Shown: one piece after another, positions 18,818 to 29,858 of the stretch
Layout of the letters: every line of letters starts with the position of its first letter
Position numbering within the stretch: position 1 is the first letter of the stretch
From: Candidatus Saccharimonadota bacterium
GTDB lineage: Bacteria > Pseudomonadota > Gammaproteobacteria > Enterobacterales > Enterobacteriaceae
Assembly (NCBI RefSeq): GCF_000090965.1
Contig: NC_008513.1
Coordinates: forward strand, 90,001-122,000
Reading direction: 5' to 3'
Length of the DNA: 32,000 bases
Notes under the pieces: generated by a model
What the model was told of the DNA's origin: nothing
What the model saw: the letters and a program-made list of their open reading frames with translations, nothing else
The model's database searches: none
Program-made: the position numbers and the translations under genes

Positions 18818-20734
18818 TTATTTTTTATTTTTATCTTTAATTTCTTCAAATTCAGCATCTACTACATTTTTTTTATCGTTTTCTTTGTTTTCTTTTTCTT
18901 GTACTGTTTCTTCTGGTTTTTGATTTTTTAATATTTCTGTTAATTTTAAATTTAATTCTATTATTTTTTGTATATTATCTTCGATTTCTTTTTTGTTTTC
19001 TCCTTTTAATGATATATCTAATTCTTGTAATGATTTTTCAATATCTGATTTAATTGTTGGATCAATTTTTTCTTTACATTCATCTAATTGTTTTTTAGTA
19101 TTATGTAAAATTTGATCTCCTTGATTTTTTGTCTTTATTAGTTCTTCAAATTGTAGATCTTTTTCAGAATTTTCTTGAGCATCTAAAATCATTTTTTTAA
19201 TTTCATCATCATTTAATCCAGATGAAGATTGTATAGTAATTTTTTGTTCTTTTCCTGTATTTTTATCTTTTGCTGAAACATGTAATATTCCGTCAGCATC
19301 AATATCAAATGTTACTTCTATTTGCGGTACTCCCCTTGGAGCAGCTTGTATTCCATCTAGATTAAATTGTCCTAATGATTTATTATCTAGAGCTCTTTTT
19401 CTTTCTCCTTGTAATATATGTATAGTAACTGCAGATTGATTATCTTCAGCTGTAGAAAAAGTTTGACTATGTTTTGTTGGAATTGTTGTGTTTTTATTAA
19501 TTAATGATGTCATTACTCCACCCATAGTTTCAATTCCAAGAGATAATGGAGTTACATCTAATAATAATACATCTTTTACTGTTCCAGATAAAACTCCTCC
19601 TTGTACCGCAGCTCCAATAGCAACTGCTTCATCAGGATTTACATCTTTTCTAGGTTTTTTTCCAAAAAAATCAGCTACTTTTTTTTGTACTAACGGCATA
19701 CGTGTTTGTCCGCCAACTAAAATAATATCATTAATATCTGATATTTTTAATTTTGCATCTTTTAATGCTGTTTCTAATGGTTTTATAGATTGTAAGACTA
19801 AATCTTCTACTAGTGATTCTAATTTTGATCTTGTAATTTTTATATTTAGATGTTTTGGTCCAGTAGCATCTGCTGTAATATATGGAAGATTTATATCAGT
19901 CTGTTGTGTAGTTGACAACTCTATTTTTGCTTTTTCAGCTGCTTCTTTTAATCTTTGCATTGCTAAAGAATCATTATTTAAATTAATTCCTTGTTCTTTT
20001 TGAAATTCAGCAACTAAAAAATGTATTAGTCGATTATCAAAATCTTCTCCGCCTAAGTGTGTATCACCGTTAGTTGATAATACTTCAAATGTTTTTTCTT
20101 TTTCTACATCATCAATTTCAATAATTGAAATGTCAAATGTTCCTCCTCCTAAATCATATACTGCTATTGTTCGATTCCCTTTTCCTTTATCTAATCCATA
20201 TGCTAATGCTGCTGCTGTTGGTTCATTTATTATTCTTTTTACTTGAAGTCCTGCTATTTTACCAGCATCTTTAGTTGCTTGTCTTTGTGCATCATTGAAA
20301 TATGCGGGAACAGTAATAACAGCTTCAGTAATACTTTCACCTAAAAACTCTTCAGCAGTTTTTTTCATTTTTTTTAGAATTTCAGCTGATATTTGAGGTG
20401 GAGCTATTTTTTCTTTTTTTATTTTTAACCATGCGTCTCCATTTACAGATTGAATGATTTCATATGGCATTATTTTAATATCACGTTGTACTTCTTCGTC
20501 TTGAAATTTTCTTCCCATTAATCTTTTAATAGCAAATAATGTATTTTTTGGATTTGTGATTGATTGTCTTTTTGCTGGTTGTCCTACTAGAATTTCATTA
20601 TTTTCAGTATATGCAATAATAGATGGTGTAGTACGTTCTCCTTCAGAATTTTCTAGAACTTTTGCTTTATTATTGTCCATAACTGCTACACAAGAATTTG
20701 TAGTTCCTAAATCTATTCCAATAATTTTTCCCAT
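18818..20734 (-). CDS. dnaK: chaperone DnaK (Hsp70)
   Basis: 638 aa, nearly collinear with E. coli DnaK ([19 protein letters not shown].., DLGGGTFD, ..VVDAEFEE). AAGGA lies 8 nt upstream of the ATG. Confidence 0.98.
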   Translation of the reverse strand: MGKIIGIDLGTTNSCVAVMDNNKAKVLENSEGERTTPSIIAYTENNEILVGQPAKRQSITNPKNTLFAIKRLMGRKFQDEEVQRDIKIMPYEIIQSVNGDAWLKIKKEKIAPPQISAEILKKMKKTAEEFLGESITEAVITVPAYFNDAQRQATKDAGKIAGLQVKRIINEPTAAALAYGLDKGKGNRTIAVYDLGGGTFDISIIEIDDVEKEKTFEVLSTNGDTHLGGEDFDNRLIHFLVAEFQKEQGINLNNDSLAMQRLKEAAEKAKIELSTTQQTDINLPYITADATGPKHLNIKITRSKLESLVEDLVLQSIKPLETALKDAKLKISDINDIILVGGQTRMPLVQKKVADFFGKKPRKDVNPDEAVAIGAAVQGGVLSGTVKDVLLLDVTPLSLGIETMGGVMTSLINKNTTIPTKHSQTFSTAEDNQSAVTIHILQGERKRALDNKSLGQFNLDGIQAAPRGVPQIEVTFDIDADGILHVSAKDKNTGKEQKITIQSSSGLNDDEIKKMILDAQENSEKDLQFEELIKTKNQGDQILHNTKKQLDECKEKIDPTIKSDIEKSLQELDISLKGENKKEIEDNIQKIIELNLKLTEILKNQKPEETVQEKENKENDKKNVVDAEFEEIKDKNKK

Positions 20735-20857
20735 AAATGTATTCCTTCTAAATATATAGTAATAAATGATTTTTAAATTTATTATTTAAAAATTAAATAT
20801 CTTATATTAACAATTTTTTTTTGAAAAAAAATTATCTATAAAATAGATAATACTAAT

Positions 20858-20888
20858 TAAATGGGGTCAGTTTGTTCTGCATCAAGGG
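20858..20888 (-). promoter_or_regulatory. sigma32 (RpoH) heat-shock promoter of dnaK-dnaJ
   Basis: The minus strand reads CCCTTGAT-gcagaacaaactga-CCCCATTTA. The sigma32 consensus is CCCTTGAA / CCCCATnTA. As I recall E. coli dnaK P1 (CCCTTGATgacgtggtttacgaCCCCATTTA), both hexamer blocks and the 14-nt spacing are the same. It is one of the few GC-rich islands in a spacer, about 115-125 nt upstream of the dnaK ATG. Confidence 0.8.
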
Positions 20889-21121
20889 TAAAAAAAAAAT
20901 ATAATTATATTTTTAATAAATTTTAAGATTAAAAATATTTAAATGTTTTTTTTTGGAAAAAAATTAATTAGTTTAATTAAAAATATCACTTTTTTTTTTG
21001 ATAAAATGATATAATAAATTTTATTGATATTAATCAAATATTATTTATATATTATATTTTTTTAATTAATTTTTAATTAAATGAATATAATTTATATTAT
21101 ATTTTAAGCTTAAATATATTT

Positions 21122-21493
21122 ATGAATGTTAATTATGAATTTTTTGGTTTTTATTTTTTTATTTTTTGTAGTTTTTTTTTATGTTTTTTTATGTTATTTT
21201 TAGGTTATTTTTTCGGAAGTAAATCATATTTTAGAGATGTACCTGAACCTTTTGAATCTGGAATAATTTCTTTTGGAAACACAAAATTACCGGTACCAAT
21301 TAAATTTTCTTTGATTGCTATTTTGTTTGTTATATTTGATGTAGAAATTTTGTATTTATATTCTTGGTCGGTTTGTATAAATAAGTTAGAATGGATAATT
21401 TTTTTTGAAATGTACATTTTCATTGCTTTTTTATTTTTGACATGGTTTTATTTAATTAAAAAAAAAATATTTAAAAAAAATTTGTTTAAATAA
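21122..21493 (+). CDS. nuoA: NADH-quinone oxidoreductase subunit A
   Basis: 123 aa membrane protein. PFESGI...FVIFDVEILYLYSW matches the NuoA core. First gene of the nuo cluster. Confidence 0.9.
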   Translation: MNVNYEFFGFYFFIFCSFFLCFFMLFLGYFFGSKSYFRDVPEPFESGIISFGNTKLPVPIKFSLIAILFVIFDVEILYLYSWSVCINKLEWIIFFEMYIFIAFLFLTWFYLIKKKIFKKNLFK

Positions 21494-21617
21494 ATAATTA
21501 TTTATTTATTATGTAATGATAAATTTAAAATTGATAAATAATTTTATAAATTTTTTTATAAATAAATTTATTTATTAAATACAAGAATATAAAAAAATAA
21601 TCATAGGATTTTTTAAA

Positions 21618-22295
21618 ATGAAATATACTTTAACTCGTGTTAATACAAAAAATAGTATTTCGAAAAAATATCCTTTACGTTCTTTAAAAAAAACATCAGA
21701 TCCAATAAAAAAACAAATAAAAAATAATATTTTTTTTGGAACAATATCAAAATATATGCAATATATTATGAATTGGGGAAGAAAGAATTCTTTATGGCCG
21801 TATAATTTTGGTTTATCTTGTTGTTATGTTGAAATGGTTAGTGCTTTTACATCTATTCATGATATTTCTCGTTTTGGTTCCGAAGTTTTACGGACCTCTC
21901 CTAGACAAGCAGATTTTATGGTTATTGCTGGTACTCCATTTATTAAAATGGCTCCAGTAATACAACGATTATATGATCTAATGTTAGAACCAAAATGGGT
22001 TATTTCGATGGGTTCTTGTGCAAATTCAGGTGGTATGTATGACATATATTCTGTTGTTCAAGGAGTTGATAAATTTCTTCCAGTTGATATTTATATACCT
22101 GGCTGTCCTCCAAGACCAGAAGCATATATTCATGCAATTACTTTATTACAAAAAGCTATTTCTAAAGAACGCAGACCATTATCTTGGATAGTAGGTGAGC
22201 AAGGGGTGTATAAATATAATATGTTATCTGAGAAAGAAGAAAAAAATAAAAAAAGAATTTCTATTATTAATATTGATTCAGAAGATTCTTTTTGA
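21618..22295 (+). CDS. nuoB: NADH-quinone oxidoreductase subunit B
   Basis: 225 aa. MKYTLTR.., [32 protein letters not shown] and PGCPPRPEA (cluster N2 cysteines) are collinear with E. coli NuoB. Confidence 0.97.
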   Translation: MKYTLTRVNTKNSISKKYPLRSLKKTSDPIKKQIKNNIFFGTISKYMQYIMNWGRKNSLWPYNFGLSCCYVEMVSAFTSIHDISRFGSEVLRTSPRQADFMVIAGTPFIKMAPVIQRLYDLMLEPKWVISMGSCANSGGMYDIYSVVQGVDKFLPVDIYIPGCPPRPEAYIHAITLLQKAISKERRPLSWIVGEQGVYKYNMLSEKEEKNKKRISIINIDSEDSF

Positions 22296-22391
22296 TTTTG
22301 TAAAAAAAATTGTTTTGTTTTTTATAAATATATATTTTATATATATAACTATTATATTTTGATTATATTGCTTATTATAAGGATAATAAAT

Positions 22392-22433
22392 ATGTCTCAT
22401 ATGGATTTAAAAAAAAAAAAAATTTTTTAGATG
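22392..22433 (+). other. 13-codon leader ORF ([13 protein letters not shown]), probably the severed ancestral 5' end of nuoC
   Basis: AAGGA at 22379-22383 lies 8 nt before the ATG at 22392. The ORF runs through an A13 tract (22409-22421). It ends at TGA 22431-22433, which overlaps the ATG at 22430 of the main nuoC(D) frame (ATGA). Confidence 0.5.
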
Positions 22434-24202
22434 ATAGAAAAAATAAATTTTTTAAAAATAACCCTATTATTTTAAGTTTATTTAAATTATTCGGAAAAGA
22501 AAATTTTTTTATACAAGATTCTTATTTAGAATCTCCTATTTTATGGATTGATAGTACTATACTAATTCAAGTAATTGGTTTTTTAAAAAAAAATAATACT
22601 TGTTCTTATGAAATTTTATTTGATTTATTTGGAATAGATGAACGTACAAGAAAAAATGTTAAAAGTTTTCCGAATGCTGATTTTACAGTATCTTATTATT
22701 TTTTTTCAATTTCTAATAATTCTGATTTAATATTAAAAGTTGCTTTGTTAAAAGAACATTTACAATTACCAACAATTTCATCAATTTTTTTAAATGCTAA
22801 TTGGTATGAACGTGAGATTTGGGATATGTTTGGAATTGTCTTTAATAATCATCCATATTTAACTCGTATTTTGATGCCTAAAAATTGGGTAGGACATCCT
22901 TTACGAAAAGATTATTCTTCTCATGCAACAGAATTTGATGAATTTTATTTCACTAAACAAAAAGAAGATTTAGCAATGGAATCTTTAAAATTCTGCCCTA
23001 AATCATGGGGTTTAGAAAATAATGATTCTAATAATTCAGAATATATGTTTTTAAATTTCGGACCTAATCATCCTTCTTCTCATGGAGCTTTTCGTATAGT
23101 TCTGCAATTACATGGGGAAAAAATTATAAATTGTATTCCAGATATTGGTTATCATCATCGTGGAGCTGAAAAAATTGCTGAAAGACAAACATGGCATAGT
23201 TATATTCCATATACCGATCGTATAGAATATTTAGGTGGATGTGTTAATGAAATGCCTTATATATTAGCTGTAGAAAAGTTAGCAGGAATTGTTGTGCCTG
23301 AAAAAGTTCAAGTAATTAGAATATTATTATCTGAATTATTTAGAATTAATAGTCATTTATTATTTTTATCTACTTTTATTCAAGATATAGGAAGTATGAG
23401 TACTGTTTTTTTAGCATTTACAGATCGTCAAAAAATTTATGATTTAATCGAATCTATTACTGGAGCTCGTATGCATCCAGCATGGTTTAGAATTGGAGGA
23501 GTAGCAAAAGATTTACCGAAGAATTGGAATTCTTTATTAAAGAAATTTTTAATTTGGATGCCTAAACGATTAGATTATTATGTTAATATTGCAATAAAAA
23601 ATAAGATTTTAATATCACGTTCAAAAGGTATTGCGGCTTATGGAAAAAAAGAAGCTTTATCATGGGGAATTACTGGAGCAGGTTTACGTGCAACTGGAGT
23701 GAATTTTGATGTAAGAAAAAATAGACCATATTCTGGTTATCAAAATTTTGATTTTGAAGTTCCAATTGGAAATAATATTAGTGATGCATATACGCGAGTA
23801 TTATTAAAAATTGAAGAGATTAGACAAAGTTTAAAAATATTAAATCAATGTTTATTACATATGCCTTTAGGTTCATATAAATCTGATCATCCGTTAAGTA
23901 CACCTCAAAAAAAAAATAAATCTTTATTTCATATTGAAAGAATGATTACACATTTTTTGCAAATGTCTTGGGGACCAATAATTCCTAGTAATGAAAGTTT
24001 TCAGATGATTGAAGCAACAAAAGGAATCAATAGTTATTATTTAATAAGTGATGGATTAACTACAAGTTATAGAACAAGAATTCGGACTCCTAGTTTTGCT
24101 CATTTACAACAAATTCCTTCTGTTATAAGAGGTTATGTAATATCAGATTTGATTGTTTATTTAGGTAGTATTGATTTTGTGATGTCAGATGTAGATAGAT
24201 AA
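22430..24202 (+). CDS. nuoC: NADH-quinone oxidoreductase fused subunit C/D
   Basis: I read the frame of the track ORF (22745..24202) codon by codon. It stays open upstream to ATG 22430, immediately after TAG 22427-22429. The added 105 aa (..[57 protein letters not shown]) align with the E. coli NuoC N-domain ([51 protein letters not shown]). The total of 590 aa matches the fused NuoCD size. Confidence 0.9.
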   Translation, partial: DDRKNKFFKNNPIILSLFKLFGKENFFIQDSYLESPILWIDSTILIQVIGFLKKNNTCSYEILFDLFGIDERTRKNVKSFPNADFTVSYYFFSISNNSDLILKVALLKEHLQLPTISSIFLNANWYEREIWDMFGIVFNNHPYLTRILMPKNWVGHPLRKDYSSHATEFDEFYFTKQKEDLAMESLKFCPKSWGLENNDSNNSEYMFLNFGPNHPSSHGAFRIVLQLHGEKIINCIPDIGYHHRGAEKIAERQTWHSYIPYTDRIEYLGGCVNEMPYILAVEKLAGIVVPEKVQVIRILLSELFRINSHLLFLSTFIQDIGSMSTVFLAFTDRQKIYDLIESITGARMHPAWFRIGGVAKDLPKNWNSLLKKFLIWMPKRLDYYVNIAIKNKILISRSKGIAAYGKKEALSWGITGAGLRATGVNFDVRKNRPYSGYQNFDFEVPIGNNISDAYTRVLLKIEEIRQSLKILNQCLLHMPLGSYKSDHPLSTPQKKNKSLFHIERMITHFLQMSWGPIIPSNESFQMIEATKGINSYYLISDGLTTSYRTRIRTPSFAHLQQIPSVIRGYVISDLIVYLGSIDFVMSDVDR

Positions 24203-24233
24203 ATTTATTTGTATAAAAATTAGGAAAAATAAA

Positions 24234-24704
24234 GTGTTTGAATTAAGTAAATTAGAGATTTCTAAAATTTTAAAAAAAAAAAAATGTTATGTTAATTCAC
24301 AAGCAGCGTGTATTGAAGCTTTAAAAATTGTACAAGAACATAGAAAGTGGATTTGTAAAGACTCTATTATAGCAATTTCTAAAATATTATCTATTCCAGC
24401 ATGTGAAGTAGAAAGTATAGCAACTTTTTATTGTCATATTTTTCGGAAACCAGTAGGTCGTAATATAATTCGTTATTGTGATAGTGTTGTATGTTTTATT
24501 AATAATTTTAAAAGTATTAAAAAAAAATTAAAATATATTTTAAATATTTCTCCAGGAGAAACAACTTCTGATTGTAGATATACTTTGTTACCAACCTGTT
24601 GTTTAGGAGCTTGTGATAAAGGTCCTGTAATGCTAGTTAATAAAACTTTATATACTAGACTTACTTCAAAAATGTTAATTAATATATTGGATAAATATAA
24701 ATGA
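24234..24704 (+). CDS. nuoE: NADH-quinone oxidoreductase subunit E
   Basis: 156 aa. [17 protein letters not shown] and [14 protein letters not shown] (2Fe-2S ligands) are present. GTG start with AGGA upstream. Confidence 0.94.
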   Translation: MFELSKLEISKILKKKKCYVNSQAACIEALKIVQEHRKWICKDSIIAISKILSIPACEVESIATFYCHIFRKPVGRNIIRYCDSVVCFINNFKSIKKKLKYILNISPGETTSDCRYTLLPTCCLGACDKGPVMLVNKTLYTRLTSKMLINILDKYK

Positions 24705-26017
24705 TATATATGTTAAAAACATCTGAAACTCATCCTTTAACATGGAGAATAGATAAATATTCTTCTAATAAATCTATTGGAATACATGAGTACTGTCACA
24801 CTGGCGGTTATCAATCTTTAAAAAAATCTTTAAAAAAATTATGTCCAGAAGATATAATATTATTAATTAAAGAATCAGGTTTAAGAGGAAGAGGAGGAGC
24901 TGGATTTCCTACCGGAATAAAATGGAATTTAATGTTAAAAAGTAATATTAAAGAAAAAATAAGATACTTAATTTGTAATGCGGATGAAATGGAGCCTGGA
25001 ACATATAAAGATAGATTTTTAATGGAAAGATTACCACATCAATTAATTGAAGGTATTATTATATGTGCTTTTACATTACATATTAGTTGTGCTTACATTT
25101 TTTTACGTGGTGATTATTATGTAGCAGAAAAAATTTTAAATAAATCAATTGATGAAGCATATCAATTAGGTTATTTAGGAAAAAATATATTAAATAGTGG
25201 ATTTAATTTTAATTTGTTTCTACATACAGGAGCTGGTCGTTATATTTGTGGTGAAGAAACAGCTTTAATTAATTCATTAGAAGGATTAAGAGCTAATCCA
25301 CGATTTAAACCACCATTTCCTGCTAATTATGGTCTTTGGGGTAAACCTACATGTATTAATAATGTTGAAACATTATCAAATATTCCTGCAATTATTCAAC
25401 ATGGTTCAGAATGGTATAAGAATTTATCTAAAGGAAAAGATTCTGGAACTAAATTATTAGGATTTTCAGGTAAAGTAAAAAATCCTGGTTTATGGGAGTT
25501 ACCATTAGGAATTACTGCAAGAGAAGTATTAGAAGATTATGCTGGAGGAATGAAAAAAAATTTATTTTTAAAAGCTTGGCAACCAGGTGGTGCTGGAACT
25601 GATATATTATCACATAAAGATATTGATATAAAAATGGATTTTACTAGTTTTCAAGAAATAGGTAGTCGATTAGGAACTGGAATTTCTATGGCGATTGATA
25701 ATAATATCAATATTATTTCTTTACTTATTAATATTGAAATTTTTTTTTCTCGAGAATCATGTGGATTTTGTACTCCGTGTCGAGAAGGATTACCATGGAT
25801 TGTTAAGTTATTAAAAAATTTAGAAAAAAAAAATGGAAAAAAAGAAGATATTAAAATATTAGATGAATTGTGTATATCTTTAGGTCCTGGAAAAACTTTT
25901 TGTGCTCATGCTCCAGGAGCAATATCTCCATTAAAAAGTGCTTTAAAATTATTTCGTAATGAGTTTGAAAATAGCATTTATAAAAATAAAAAAAATATAA
26001 ATATTGTTTCTTTATAA
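24701..26017 (+). CDS. nuoF: NADH-quinone oxidoreductase subunit F
   Basis: 438 aa. [49 protein letters not shown] and [12 protein letters not shown] are present. The ATG overlaps the nuoE TGA (ATGA). Confidence 0.97.
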   Translation: MIYMLKTSETHPLTWRIDKYSSNKSIGIHEYCHTGGYQSLKKSLKKLCPEDIILLIKESGLRGRGGAGFPTGIKWNLMLKSNIKEKIRYLICNADEMEPGTYKDRFLMERLPHQLIEGIIICAFTLHISCAYIFLRGDYYVAEKILNKSIDEAYQLGYLGKNILNSGFNFNLFLHTGAGRYICGEETALINSLEGLRANPRFKPPFPANYGLWGKPTCINNVETLSNIPAIIQHGSEWYKNLSKGKDSGTKLLGFSGKVKNPGLWELPLGITAREVLEDYAGGMKKNLFLKAWQPGGAGTDILSHKDIDIKMDFTSFQEIGSRLGTGISMAIDNNINIISLLINIEIFFSRESCGFCTPCREGLPWIVKLLKNLEKKNGKKEDIKILDELCISLGPGKTFCAHAPGAISPLKSALKLFRNEFENSIYKNKKNINIVSL

Positions 26018-26139
26018 GAAATAATAAAAATATATATTTTAATTTAATTAAATATAATAATTTGTATGTTAATATTATTTTTTTTAAAAAAATTTTAATA
26101 TAATAAAATATTAGTAATTTATTAAATAGGTTATTTACT

Positions 26140-28878
26140 ATGGTAAAAATTTTTATTGATGGAAAAATTTTTTTTGTTAAATCGTCATATAATTTGTTAC
26201 AAGCTTGTTTATCTAAAGGCTTTAATGTACCTTTTTTTTGCTGGCACCCAGCTTTAGGAAGTATAGGTGCATGTAGACAATGTGCGGTTAAAGTATATCA
26301 AAATAAGGAAGATGATGTAGGTTCTATTGTAATGTCTTGTATGTCTGTTGTTCAAAAAAATATGCGAATTTCATTAATAGATTCAGATGTAAAAAAATTT
26401 CAAAAAGATATAATTGAACTAATGATGTTAAATCATCCTCATGATTGTCCTGTTTGTGCTGAAGGAGGAAGTTGTCATTTACAAGATATGACAGTTTTAA
26501 ATAAACATCATATACGCCGTTATATATTTAAGAAACGTATCTTTAAGAATCAATATTTAGGTCCATTAATATCACATAATATGAATAGGTGTATTACATG
26601 TTATCGTTGTATAAGATATTATAAAGATTATTCAGGAGGAAAAGATTTTGGAGTATATGGATCAAATAATAAAATTTATTTTGGTCGATTAGAAGACGGA
26701 TTTTTAGAAAGTGAATATTCAGGAAATTTAATTGATATTTGTCCTACAGGCGTATTTACTGATAAAACAAATATTAATAATTTTCATCGAAAATGGGATT
26801 TACAATATACTCCAAGTATTTGTCATAATTGTAGTATCGGTTGTAATATTAGCATTGGTGAACGTTTGGGAAAAGTGTGTCGTATAGATAATAGATATAA
26901 TTTATCTATAAATAAGTATTTTTTATGCGATTTAGGACGTTTTGGTTATAATTATATAAATTATAATAAAGTATATCAACCATTTGAAAAAAAAAACAAT
27001 ATAATAAAATTTCTTAAATATTCTAAGATTATTTCTTTGATTATTAATATTTTTCGAAATTCTTCTAATAAAATATTAGGTATCGGCTCTGATAGAGCAA
27101 GTATTGAAAGTAATACACTGTTATGTCAATTAGTAGGAGAAAAAAATTTTTCTAATGGTATGTTACCACAATTAAATCAATGTATCAGTATTATTACAAA
27201 AATATTAAAGAGTAATGAATTTATTATTCCATCTATTTCAGAAATTAAAAATTATGATGTTATTTTAATTATTAGTGAAGATATTACTCAAACAGCATCT
27301 TTAGCAGCTTTAGCAGTTAGACAAGCAATTAATGGTTTTCATTCTTTTATTTTAAAAGATACAAGTATTCCTAGTTGGAATAGCAATGCAATAAAAAATA
27401 TTTTACAAAATAAAAAAAATTATTTATTTATTATTCAAGGTGATAAATCTAAATTGGATGATATTTCTAATATTAATTATTATGGATCAATTGAAGAACA
27501 GTTACAATTTTGTTTGTTATTATTAGATAGAATAAATAACTCTTCAAATTTATTTTCTTATCAAAATCATAAAATATGTAAGAAAATTAAATTTATAGCA
27601 AAAATATTATGTCAAGCGAAAAAACCATTAATTATTTCTGGTACTTCATATAATAATCTTAATATATTGAAGATATCGTGTAATATTGCTAGATCTTTAA
27701 AAAAAAGAGGTTTGCCTGTCGGTTTAATGTTATTTCCACCAGCAGCTAATAGTATTGGTATATCTCTTATACCAAGTATTTCTTTAGATTCTATGTTTAA
27801 TATTATAAATTCAAATAAAGTTGATATATTAATTATATTAGAAAATAATTTACATAAATTATATGAAGCAACCGTAATTAATAAAATTTTTGAAAAAGTA
27901 AATAAAATTATTGTACTAGATCATTATAATACTAAAATAGTTAATAAATCAGATTTTTTTTTGCCTACGACAAATTTTGCTGAAAGTTCAGGAAATATTT
28001 TAAATTATGAAGGTCGATTACAAAGATTTTTTAAAGTATATAATCCGAATTTTTATAAAAAAAAGATTTATAAATTAGAAGGTTGGAGATGGATTTATGC
28101 AATTTTAAATAATATTAAATCATTTAAATTAATTCAATCTATTTCTATAGATAAAATAATTAAATTTTGTTCTAAAAAAAATTCTTATTTTAAATATTTA
28201 AAAAATTCTTCTCCTTCTGCAAAATTTAGAATTAATAATCAAAAAATTGCTAGATCTTCTCTTCGATACAGTGGTCGAACTGCAATGTTTGCAGATATAA
28301 ATATGCATGAACCTAAATCACCTATTGATGTAGATAGTATGTTTTCTTTTTCAATAGAAGGTTCTCAACAAACTGAGAAAAGTTTTTCTTTTTCTCCATT
28401 TTTATGGTCACCTAATTGGAATTCTCAACAATCATTATATAAATTATCTATACAATCAAAAAATCAGTTTTTTTTATATAATGAAGGTATTTTAATTTTT
28501 AAAAAATATAAAGAAAAACATCTTTCAAATTTTTTTATTAAAAAGAATATTTTAAATAAAAAAATTTCTGTGAATTCTTTTAAAATAATTCCTTATTATA
28601 AATTATTAGGTAGTGAAGAAATAAGTCATAATTATTTCGTAAATATTTTAAAAATAAAGTTTTTTTATGCAGTATTAAATCGTACTGATGCTAAGAAAAT
28701 GAATATATATAATAATGATATATTACAATTTCAAATAAATGATAATATATTTAAATTTCCAGTAAAATTATCTAGTTATATAAATTCATGTCATATTGGT
28801 TTACCTGTTGGTATTGGTAATATACCGATGATTTTTTTAAATAAAATTGCTATAAAATTAATGAAATATAATATATAA
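26140..28878 (+). CDS. nuoG: NADH-quinone oxidoreductase subunit G
   Basis: 912 aa. The N-terminal Fe-S motifs (FCWHPALGSIGACRQCAV, HPHDCPVCAEGGSCHLQD, RCITCYRCIRY, CPTGVFTDK, CHNCSIGCN) are collinear with E. coli NuoG. Confidence 0.96.
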   Translation: MVKIFIDGKIFFVKSSYNLLQACLSKGFNVPFFCWHPALGSIGACRQCAVKVYQNKEDDVGSIVMSCMSVVQKNMRISLIDSDVKKFQKDIIELMMLNHPHDCPVCAEGGSCHLQDMTVLNKHHIRRYIFKKRIFKNQYLGPLISHNMNRCITCYRCIRYYKDYSGGKDFGVYGSNNKIYFGRLEDGFLESEYSGNLIDICPTGVFTDKTNINNFHRKWDLQYTPSICHNCSIGCNISIGERLGKVCRIDNRYNLSINKYFLCDLGRFGYNYINYNKVYQPFEKKNNIIKFLKYSKIISLIINIFRNSSNKILGIGSDRASIESNTLLCQLVGEKNFSNGMLPQLNQCISIITKILKSNEFIIPSISEIKNYDVILIISEDITQTASLAALAVRQAINGFHSFILKDTSIPSWNSNAIKNILQNKKNYLFIIQGDKSKLDDISNINYYGSIEEQLQFCLLLLDRINNSSNLFSYQNHKICKKIKFIAKILCQAKKPLIISGTSYNNLNILKISCNIARSLKKRGLPVGLMLFPPAANSIGISLIPSISLDSMFNIINSNKVDILIILENNLHKLYEATVINKIFEKVNKIIVLDHYNTKIVNKSDFFLPTTNFAESSGNILNYEGRLQRFFKVYNPNFYKKKIYKLEGWRWIYAILNNIKSFKLIQSISIDKIIKFCSKKNSYFKYLKNSSPSAKFRINNQKIARSSLRYSGRTAMFADINMHEPKSPIDVDSMFSFSIEGSQQTEKSFSFSPFLWSPNWNSQQSLYKLSIQSKNQFFLYNEGILIFKKYKEKHLSNFFIKKNILNKKISVNSFKIIPYYKLLGSEEISHNYFVNILKIKFFYAVLNRTDAKKMNIYNNDILQFQINDNIFKFPVKLSSYINSCHIGLPVGIGNIPMIFLNKIAIKLMKYNI

Positions 28879-28904
28879 ATGAGATATTTTAATTAGGTAT
28901 ATAC

Positions 28905-29843
28905 ATGAAAGAGAAAATTTTTTTTGTTATTAAATTTTTATTTTTTATTATTTTTGGTGCGAGTTTTTTAAGTGTAATAGAACGTAGAATATTAGGAATA
29001 TTACAAAATCGATATGGTCCTAATAGAGTAGGTTGGCAAGGTTGTATGCAATTATTTGCAGATATGATAAAATTAATATTTAAAGAAGATTGGATACCTC
29101 CTTTTAGTGAAAAAATTTTATTTATTACTGCTCCTATTATTTCTTTTATTTCTCTTTTATTAGTATTTTCTATTATTCCTATTACTTCAAAGTGTTTTAT
29201 TATAAATTTAGATATTGGAATTTTATTTTTTATAATGATGTCTTCATTATCAGTGTACGGGGTTTTATTAGCAGGATGGTCAAGTAACAATAAATATGCT
29301 TTATTAGGATCTATTAGATCTGTCGCTCAAATGTTAAGTTATGAAATTTTTTTAGGATTATCAGCAATGGGTGCTGTTATGCAATGCGGATCTTTTAATT
29401 TAATTGATATTGTATATTCTCAAAAAAAAATTTGGAATATTTTTCCTCAATTTTTTGGTTTTATTTTATTTTTTATTGCTGGTATTGCTGTTTGTCATAG
29501 ACATCCATTTGATCACCTGAGTCTGACAGAATTAGCAGATGGATATCATATTGAATATTCAGGAATGAAATTTGGAATGTTTTTTATTGCTGAATATATT
29601 TCAATTATTACTGTTTCATCATTAATTGTATGTTTATTTTTTGGTGGTTGGTTAGGTCCTTTTTTTTCTCCTCTTTTTTGGTTCTTATTAAAAACTTTAT
29701 TTTTTATTTTTTTATTTATTTTGTTTCGAGCTTCATTACCTAGACCAAAATATGAACATGTTATGTTATTTGCATGGAAATTTTTTTTTCCTTTATCATT
29801 ATTAAATATAATTTATACATCTTTTAAAATTTTATTAAAATAG
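28905..29843 (+). CDS. nuoH: NADH-quinone oxidoreductase subunit H (with a scrambled conserved loop)
   Basis: 312 aa. [41 protein letters not shown] and RASLPRPKY are collinear with E. coli NuoH, except for 29514-29528 (see findings). Confidence 0.93.
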   Translation: MKEKIFFVIKFLFFIIFGASFLSVIERRILGILQNRYGPNRVGWQGCMQLFADMIKLIFKEDWIPPFSEKILFITAPIISFISLLLVFSIIPITSKCFIINLDIGILFFIMMSSLSVYGVLLAGWSSNNKYALLGSIRSVAQMLSYEIFLGLSAMGAVMQCGSFNLIDIVYSQKKIWNIFPQFFGFILFFIAGIAVCHRHPFDHLSLTELADGYHIEYSGMKFGMFFIAEYISIITVSSLIVCLFFGGWLGPFFSPLFWFLLKTLFFIFLFILFRASLPRPKYEHVMLFAWKFFFPLSLLNIIYTSFKILLK

Positions 29844-29858
29844 GAAATACATAAATTT

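Noticed and set aside
19488-20003. 171-aa ORF on the plus strand, antisense to dnaK.
   Set aside because: It lies entirely inside the highly conserved dnaK CDS. It has low-complexity, Ser/Phe/Thr-rich composition with no SD or recognisable motifs. It is a typical shadow ORF opposite a relatively GC-rich, codon-biased gene.
21024-21053. Sigma70-like hexamers (TTGATA-N17/18-TATATT) upstream of nuoA, and similar pairs upstream of rpsT (17040-17070, 17124-17152).
   Set aside because: In spacers made almost entirely of A/T, such hexamer pairs occur every few tens of bases. I cannot distinguish real promoters from background without transcript mapping.
28889-29290. 133-aa ORF on the minus strand, antisense to the 5' part of nuoH.
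   Set aside because: It is fully overlapped by the well-supported nuoH frame. It shows no homology that I recognise and has no translation signals. It is a shadow ORF.
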